Both the position numbers and the translations under genes were made by a program. Positions 54,552-64,000 of a DNA stretch of 64,000 nucleotides are shown here, in pieces. The notes under the pieces are model-generated. The model was not told where the DNA came from. It was given only the letters and a program-made list of their open reading frames with translations, and ran no database searches. Within the stretch, counting starts at the first letter, position 1. The number at the start of each line of letters is the position of its first letter. The stretch comes from the human T2T-CHM13v2.0 reference genome, Homo sapiens. The stretch lies in NCBI RefSeq assembly GCF_009914755.1, contig NC_060932.1; one strand, given 5' to 3'.

Positions 54552-54982
54552 ATATCAGGATCCCAATAGGAAATAGGAACAAATTATAAATGTGTAGAAG
54601 TGGTTGAGAAAACCACGAAAGACAGTGAGATACCCAGGGTTAGAGCAGCAGATCTGTTGGCTTTCTCTAAGCCAATATCTAAGAGGGGAGATGGAAATTA
54701 CAGGAACCCAGAGAGGACAAGAGGTACTTAGAAAAGCCCTCTTTGAGAAAAGCCATGGCTTTTATCAGAAATGACCTTACAGAGGGGAAATCTGACCTTA
54801 TTTTACTTTCTTTCTCCAAAATCCTGCTCTCCTGAAGCTCCCTGCTGGTCAAACCCAACACAAAGCCAGAGGGCATGGGAGCAGGTGATACAATCTGTAC
54901 AGAGCAGCCTCCCAGGGTAGAGTGAGACAAATAGAAAAGGGTGGAAATGGCTGTGGAGGGCAAGTGGAAGACATCCAGCACA
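54552..54982. mobile_element. Old ERVL-type LTR (LTR33/LTR41-like)
   Basis: CAAACCCAACACAAAGCCAGAGGGCATGGGAGC...ATCCAGCACA motif, inserted in a MIR. Confidence 0.45.
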
Positions 54983-55248
54983 AACCAACTCACAGCCTTG
55001 CTGAGCTGATTAAATAATGTAATGACATTAAGGGCTTAGCACATTTCCTGTCACCAAGTATTTAATGAAAGTTAGCTATGACTTAGCATTGCTGTTTGCT
55101 GGATCTAAGTGAGTTGTCAATGCTTTAGGGTTAAGGACATGAAGCAGGACTTAACTGGAACAACAGAGGGCCGTACATGTGGCCCCCACACAAGCCCAGG
55201 TAATGACAAGTCTGTGCTTCTTTTGGTATCAAAATAAAATTAGGTTTG

Positions 55249-55570
55249 CGGCCGGGTGTGGTGGCTCATGCCTGTAATCTCTGCCACTTTGGGAGGCTGA
55301 GGTGGGTGGATCGTTTGAACTCAGGAGTTTGAGACCACCTGGGCAACAAGGCAAAACCCTGTCTCTACGAACAAAAAAAAAAAACACCACAAAAATTAGA
55401 AAAATTAGCTGGGTGTGGTGGCGCGCACGTGAAGTCCCAGCTACTCGGGGGCTGAGGTGGGAGGAACACCCGAGCCTTGGGAGGTCGAGGCTGCAGTGAG
55501 CTGTGATTGGGCCACTGCACTCCAGCCTGGGCAACAGAGTGAGACCCTGTCTCAAAAAATAAATAAAGAA
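55249..55570 (+). mobile_element. AluJ-like
   Basis: GGAGGTCGAGGCTGCAGTGAGCTGTGAT; TSD AAATTA(G/A)GTTT. Confidence 0.92.
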
Positions 55571-56986
55571 AATTAAGTTTATTTCTCCTCCCTTGAGAAA
55601 TGCTCAAATATTTATTTCTTCCACTCTTTTCCACGTCTTTCACCTGTACCATCTTTTCTTGTCTTTCCTGTTAGCATGTGAACATGCTGTTATGAAGAAA
55701 ATGTCCTTTAAGCTACTATTCACCAATGTAAGCATTCTCAAAAGAGTAAGCGTTCTTTGGATTATAGGAGGGACAGGAAATGGGGCCTCAAAGTGCCAAG
55801 ATGCAGGTGTGTGTGGGATGTAGACATGAGTTGTTAGCACCATGGGGGCTGATATTTTAGAAACAGGTCCACTCCTGACCTTGGTATTAACAGACTTTCC
55901 ACATGGTTATCTTTCTGCCCTTTACTTTCTGTGTGACCATGAACAAGTCCTATTACCTGGATTTCTGTAAATTGTCAGCCTTACTTCACAAAATATTCCA
56001 CTGATTAAAAATGACACAAGACATGTGGGTCTTTTTGCATGAAGAAGGTAGCTTGCCTTCCTACTGCCTGTATCTATTTTCTGGGCTGGGAGGCTGTCTG
56101 GACTGCCATGGGGAAAAAAAAGAGGGTCAGGAGAGCAGAAAGAATGGGAGGAAGAGAGATGCTTCAGATAGATAAACCCATGGGCCTCAAGGCGAGCGAC
56201 ACAGAAGAAAATGGCTGGAGAAGAGAGGGCAGGGAACATATTGAGTTGAAATCTTTCAGTGGCAGGCAGCTACGGCAAAGCAGAGAAGCACAGCCTTTGG
56301 TCCCATTAGTCCAGATGGGGTTACCACCCAGTCCCGCCTCTTATTGGTATGAACTTGGATAAGCTGCGTCATCTCTTTGATCTTCAGTTTCCCTGTTTGT
56401 TATGATGAGATAAGAAAAAGAAAATTACTTATGCAAAAGGCTAGTGGATGCTCAATAAATGGCTCTTCCTCTTGAAATCCCTTTTATTTTATTTTACTTT
56501 ATTTTAAAAGCATCCATTAATGCACCCATAATAGGGAGCCAGAGATAGTTCACAGGATTCTCTGATTTATTAAATCAACACCAACAGAAAATAGAAATCG
56601 TTCCCAATTCTTCTACACTCAAGTGCCATGGCAAAGCACATCTCTGAAAATGTCCTTTAGGTTCCCTGCTCCGTGCATGGCTCCTGCTGATCCTCTCTCT
56701 GAAAAGCTGCCTTCCCACCTGTCTGTCTGTTGCCATCAAATCCTCCCTCTCATTTCTCCTTTGTCTATCATTCTGTAGAGCTGTGTTCATATCTGCCCAC
56801 AGGCTCCCAGTTAGGCTGAGCCCTCTCTGCAGGTAGCATCTGAGCAGACACATGTATAGAGCTTCTGGGTGCCAGACACTGTGTCACTATGCTTTCTATA
56901 CCTGCCATCTCATTGAATCCTCACATCTGTACTGTTACCTCCACTTTAAGGATACAGAAACTGAGGCATCCAAAGTTTTAGCTTTT

Positions 56987-57210
<224 letters not shown>

Positions 57211-58931
57211 TTACCTAAGGTCTCAAAGGTGCAGGTAGCATAGCCAGGCTTTGAACCTGGTCTGCCTCAAGAGTCTGTGTTTCTTTTCCCTCCACACTAG
57301 TTATGTTGGTGCAATACCTGCCTCATAGTGTGTCTTCAAGAAGTGCTTATTGGATTAGCTGAAATAAACATGCAAAGCTATACTTAGAAACTTTTAGCTT
57401 TATGAACTATATATTCTTATTTGAAGAAAATGGCATTTTAACAAATTTGAAGAGGTATAAGAGAAAGCCAGGCTTAACACTTAGTCATCTTGCTGTTATA
57501 TATAAGACAGTTTATATAGGATCCTTTTTACATGTGGAAAATTACTTCACCACAGATAGAACATACAATCACATGCACACCACACTACACACATGCTGAT
57601 GTTCCTTTTCCTAGGTAGAGATAAACTGGGATCTGTTGGGGAGTAAGATGCCAGCACATCTCTCTGCGCTGATGTAAGGAAATTCCAATAACTCACATTT
57701 AGAATGTTGCGTTGGGTGGGAAGCGGCTGAGGGTTGCACAGAGGAGTGAGATAAATGTTACCAGCAACGGACTTGACTGCAGTTTAACCCAAGGTCACTG
57801 GGAGGCCAGAGCAGAATCAGGGAAGGAATGTTGGCCCCTCGAGCCAGCTAAGCCTCGGGCAAGCTCCTATCTTTCGGCCTTCCCATGCAGTGGAGCTGTG
57901 AGCTGTGACCGTCCTTAGCAACCCTGCCCTGTTCCTCCTCAACAGGAAGGGAACGATCTTGCTGCCAGGCAGGCAAGCAACCCTGGAGTGACCCTCGTTC
58001 CTCCTTGTCCACACAACCCACCTCCCCAGTCATACAAAAGAGGCTTTCAGAACCTGGTTACCTAGAGTTGAACTTTTCAACAAGGCTTTTTTTTTTTCCC
58101 CTTTAAGCTCCACAGCTAAAATACCAGAGCTCACGGTTGCTAAGATTAAGGATTTTCTCCTCTCTTTTCTCCCTCAGCTCAGTTTCCGTTGACTAGGAAA
58201 GACCAAGAGATGGATTACTGTTCCCTTGCCAAATGGAGAGGGGTGCTTGAGCGTCCGGGGGCTTTCAGTGGGATTAGACATTATTCAGGCCTGTGCTAAT
58301 AGTCATTATTTACTCCTCAGGCTCTCACAAAAGTCACCGCGTTTGTGTAGGTAACTAAGGCCTACCGAAACCAGTCAGCCCTAAGTGCACACAGGAGAAC
58401 CATGGAGTTGGAGGAAAAGGTAATTTAACATGAATATTTATATACTCTACAAACCACGTGCCATGATTCACTCAGCTTATTTTCATTTTATGCATTTTCT
58501 TCCCATTTGCAGTCTTTATTTATTGCAAAGTTAAGGCTGTTAGCAAAATAACACATTGGGGTAGGTTTTCTTCTTCTTTTCTTTCTTTGTTTCTTTTCTT
58601 TTTTTTTTTTTAATTTCCTGCTTTCTAATGTATCTCTGGGAAAGTGAGCTAATATAGCAGCAAAATTGGGCAGCACTGCTAATCCCTGAGAGCTTGGCAG
58701 TGTTGTACTGGGCCCAGTATTCTTGCCAGGCCTTTACTACAGATCACAGTGACTGTGTAAGCCCTGTGGCCACGGAACCGTGGCAGCTCACATTAGTCAC
58801 CATTTAGTAACATGGGTGATTTAGGAATAACTCGTGTCTCTAATTTTCAAGGTAGGAATGTAAGCACCAACTTTTCTAGAGGGTTCACCGGGTGCCCATG
58901 GTCTGGAGCTAGAGACTTGGGTTCATGGCCC

Positions 58932-59040
58932 AGCGTTGCTACTTGCTAGTTCTATGATGTTGGGCAAATAACTTCAAAATTCGGAGCGTTGCTACCTGCT
59001 AGCTCTGTGATGTTGAGCAAATAACTTCAAAATTCAGAGC
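58932..59040. repeat. 53 bp tandem duplication within a MIR
   Basis: AGCGTTGCTAC(T/C)TGCTAG...AAATAACTTCAAAATTC(G/A)G occurs twice with 5 mismatches. Confidence 0.93.
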
Positions 59041-60565
59041 CTCCGTGTCCTCTTATATAATATAACATATGCATATTAATGGAATTTTCTTCATAAAGGT
59101 AGGTGCATGTTAAAATGGATAGCATTGTATAAGTACTTAGCTTGACACATGACAAGCTTGAAATTTAAGTGTCAGCTCGAGTTAGACCCATGTAGTCCTA
59201 ACAGTAGCTCTGGAGGCTGATGAGGAACTGCCTGCCCTAAAGAGGTTAGCTCCTTTCCTAATGCACATGCTTAGTACGTTTCGGAACTAGCTCTCCAATG
59301 CAGTTTTGGTTTATTCCAAAGTGTATGGTCTATTCATGATGAAATACACCTCAGTATCTCTTGCTATTTTTTGCTAGACGTATTTGAAATCTAGCAGTGT
59401 TGAGCTTTTGGGGGGCCTTGACTTGGATACAAATGATAAGAACAGGTAAAAAGACTCAGGTAGAATTTTCCTCATATTAATGCCTGTGTAGAGTTTAACC
59501 TTTTTAGAAAAGTTATATTAATGGTGTGATTCATGGCTGGGTTCCATTTCAGTGGGAGCTGCAATTCTCAGCAGTAAGCTTCGCTGGTGCCATTAGAGTC
59601 TTGACTGCTAGTGTACTGAGAAGCTCATCTCTCAACCCTGAGGAAGTATCCTGTCCAGCTCCCGATCTTATTTCCAAGAGAAACCAAGACACATTGGGTG
59701 TGGCCATAAGAAGGCCACCGGGGTGGTGAGGGCTGTGAAGACACTCGCTAAGAGGGATAGGTGTTAGATTTGGTGTGAGAAGGTCTGATGTGTGAAGAAA
59801 AAGGATTGCACTTTAACGTCGAGGCTCCAGACAGCAGGTCTTGGGATAGGTGTAAGTTACTGGGAAGATTTGGGTTCAGTGAAGAGAGTATTAAGCCTAA
59901 AAAGAGTTTGGAAATAGAATGAGCTCTATGAGGGCATGAGTTGTTTTCCGTATCTACAGCTGTGACCAATGAACTGAGAGGAAATTTTTAACCATGTTCT
60001 TCCAAGGAATTATGCATGGATAAGATAAAAAGTTCCTTCTCACTCTAAGTTTCCATTACTGTGATGTATGTGGTGCCTGTTGATTTGCAAAAGGTTTTCT
60101 TACCTCTGTTTCTTTCACTCCCTCATGCGCAGTTCTTCAGTTGACCAACAAATAGCTATTTACTCCTATTGTATGGCACTAGGTACCAAGTATGCAATAG
60201 GAAACAAGTATTGCTCTCAAGAACCTTACTGTCTTTTTGGAAAAATTGACAAGAAAACAGATATTTGTAATAGAGCATGGTATGGGCTATAAGGGGAAGG
60301 AAAAGAACACAGAGGAGGAATACCAGCCCTGCTAGAGGTGAGAGAAGCAAGGCTTCCTGGAGGAAGGGATGTCTAGAATGGTACTTACTTGGAGCTGAAT
60401 AGTGATAGAAACCTGGCAGGCAAGGCTTTAGAGTGGGCAAAAGCCTGGAGGCCTGAAAGAACAAGATAGGGTAGGGGAGCTGTAAGCAGTTCTGTTTAGT
60501 TGGAGCAGAGTGTTGGAGGTGAAGGTGGAGACACAAGGAGATGCTACTCTGGAGAAAGAAGTCAT

Positions 60566-61701
<1,136 letters not shown>

Positions 61702-63264
61702 GGCAGTCATGGAGACTTACGAATTATGTTAATGCATTTGGACTTTCATCTGCAGGTGTGTGGCTATTTCAAAGGGTTTAAGTCATGAAACTGGTAGTAT
61801 CAGATTTGTGTTTTAGAAAAGTCACTGTTGGATACAGCCAATGACATCATGTGTGGTTAAGTATCTTGCAAGTTGTAAATAGGTGTGCAAATAGAGTTAA
61901 TGAGTAAAAACTGTACATACACATAACCTGGAGATGCTTGGGACACAATTTCAAGGCAAACCCTCTGGTCAAACCTCTGGAAACATCCAGTAACAGCATG
62001 CTTTCACTAATATCACATCTGGCTATAAAAAAATATTATCTCCCAAGTACCCTGCCTCTGATATCAAGCCAAGGGCCTAGAGGAACTGGCCAAAGCAGAA
62101 TGGCTTGGAAAGATGGTCAGAATGCACCAAGACCATGAAAGTTTCACTTCTCTCAAAGAGAGACCTGGAACAGCAGTTCTTCAGGCTAATGTGGTCCCTG
62201 TATCACAGACCTGGTCATGGACTCTCAAAAACACCTTTTAAGAGATTCCCATAAGGAGATTAACAGAGACGTGCACAAAGATGAGTGTGTTTCTTCTTTA
62301 AGGCATACTTATAGTGTGAAAAATGAATATTATAAATGTCCAACAATAGGAAAATGATGATATAAACTTTTATACAACTACATGGCTGAAAACTATGCAA
62401 ATGTTATAAAGTAGTGTTTTCAGGATGACCACAAAGAGAAAAGTTAACATTTTAACAAAATATGTACAGAGTATGGGAAAGACAAGTTTTCCACCAAAAT
62501 CCATTCTCCCCTTTTAATAATAGAATTTAATTTCTTAAAATAATAGATTTTTTTAAAGAATAGAAATCCAGATTTTTAGCTGGACACATGGCTACACAGC
62601 TAGAAACCTCATTTCTCACCCTCCTTGCCTGCTGGGGCATGTCCATGCATCTGAATTCTGGACTGTGGAATGTGACCAGGAGTGATGTGTGCTATTTCCA
62701 GATTGTCTCCAAGTAGTTGGCTGCTGGGTATGATTATGAAACTGAATGATGGGCCATGGAGTGTTTCATGCCATTTCCAGATTGCCCCCAAGTATTTGTG
62801 GACATGTTCACACATTTATCTTGTCCCCACGTATTTGTGAATGTATTCACATGTTTCTTTTGCCCATTCTTTACCCTGAAGGTTGAGTTGCAGATGTGAT
62901 TATGGGGTCCTAGAAGATATATCTTGGAGCCAGAGCTTATCTAGGGTGTAGTTGTCTCTTGTGTTGATGAAAGTGCTGAGCAGAGAGAATGGCTCGCCAA
63001 AGCACAAGTGACCCATGAGCTACTGTGTGTTGAAGGGACACTCATTTGAAGGTCACTGCTAGGTGCTCAGGGGGACAACACAGAAAGCTCACACACAGTC
63101 TGCAGCAGAGTAATGGAAAGCCAAGTCTTCACACTTTTAGCCCAGCATCTTATCTCTTAGATTAACTGTGGCATTGTGAGGACTGCAAGTGGTTTGCTTT
63201 GGGGTCATGTCTTCTTTTGCCCATTTCTGCTATCTCTGTTAACTCTGGGCTCTTCTACTATATA

Positions 63265-63659
63265 TATATGATTTGGCTCATGCAATTATGGAAGCCAAGA
63301 AGTCCCACTATATGCTGTCTGCAAGCTGGAAAACCAGGAAAGCTGATGGTATTAAATCCAAGCTCAAATGCCAGAGAGCTAGGAGCTCCACTGTTCAAGA
63401 GCAGAAGAATGTACATGTCCCACCTCAGAGAGAGAGAGCTAATTCACCCTTCTTTCACCTTTTTGTTCTATTCAGGCACTCAATGGATTGGATAATGCCT
63501 GCCCACATTAGTGAGAGTGGATATTTTTACTCAGCCTACTGATTCAAATGCTAGTCTCTTCTGGAAACATCCTCACAGACACACTCAGAAATAATGTTTT
63601 ACCAGCTATCTAGCCATCCCTTAACCCAGTCAAGTTGACACATAAAATTAACCATTACA
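63265..63659 (-). mobile_element. MLT2-like ERVL LTR
   Basis: Ends CCAGTCAAGTTGACACATAAAATTAACCATTACA. Confidence 0.75.
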
Positions 63660-64000
63660 CCCTCCAAAATATTCTTATTTTGAAATTCTCGCCCCCAGTA
63701 CTTCAGAATGTGATCTTATTCTTTAAAAGGATCCTTGCAGATGTAATGAAGTTAAGATAAGCTCATTAGGGTGGGCTGTAATCTAATATGGCTGGTATCC
63801 TTATAAGAAGGCACGTAGACACACAAAGAGAAGATGGGTGTATGACACAGGACACAGAGATTGAAGCGTAACAGTTGCAAGCCAAGGATTGTCAAGGATT
63901 TCCAGCAAGCAACCAGAAGCTAGGAAGAACCAAGGAGGGATCTCCCCACATGAGCCTTCAGAGAGAGAGCATGGCCTTGCCAACACCTTGGTTTTGGACT
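63660..64000 (+). mobile_element. MLT1-family LTR running off the window edge
   Basis: CAGAATGTGATCTTATT...GCAAGCCAAGGA...GGCCTTGCCAACACCTTGGTTTTGGACT. Confidence 0.75.

Overview
Human (primate) genomic DNA from the LRATD2/FAM84B locus, known to lie at 8q24.21 beside the MYC gene desert. I identified it from the translated protein, not from a database search. The only real protein-coding sequence is LRATD2 on the minus strand (CDS 25618-26550, uninterrupted, 310 aa). It has a non-coding first exon inside a ~2 kb CpG island and a ~4 kb 3'UTR ending near 21600. The rest is mostly interspersed repeat: about 40 Alu copies or fragments, MIR/L2/L1 relics, MaLR and ERV1 solo LTRs, and hAT-Charlie fossils. 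I see no new multi-gene system. The strongest oddities are: (1) a TSD-flanked retrocopy of a ZNF91-family transcript that is KRAB-only and polyadenylated inside intron 3; (2) a 3'-truncated HERV-W LTR17 bracketed by a ~215 bp host duplication instead of a 4 bp TSD; (3) a LRATD2 leader with alternative splice sites that would include or skip an in-frame uORF, overlapped by an antisense splice donor; (4) a perfect 13 bp hairpin next to a G-tract upstream of the promoter; (5) a palindromic AP-1/bZIP/AP-1 enhancer candidate; (6) several Alu conversion or templated-insertion scars. Repeat subfamily names come from remembered consensus sequences, and most repeat boundaries are approximate.
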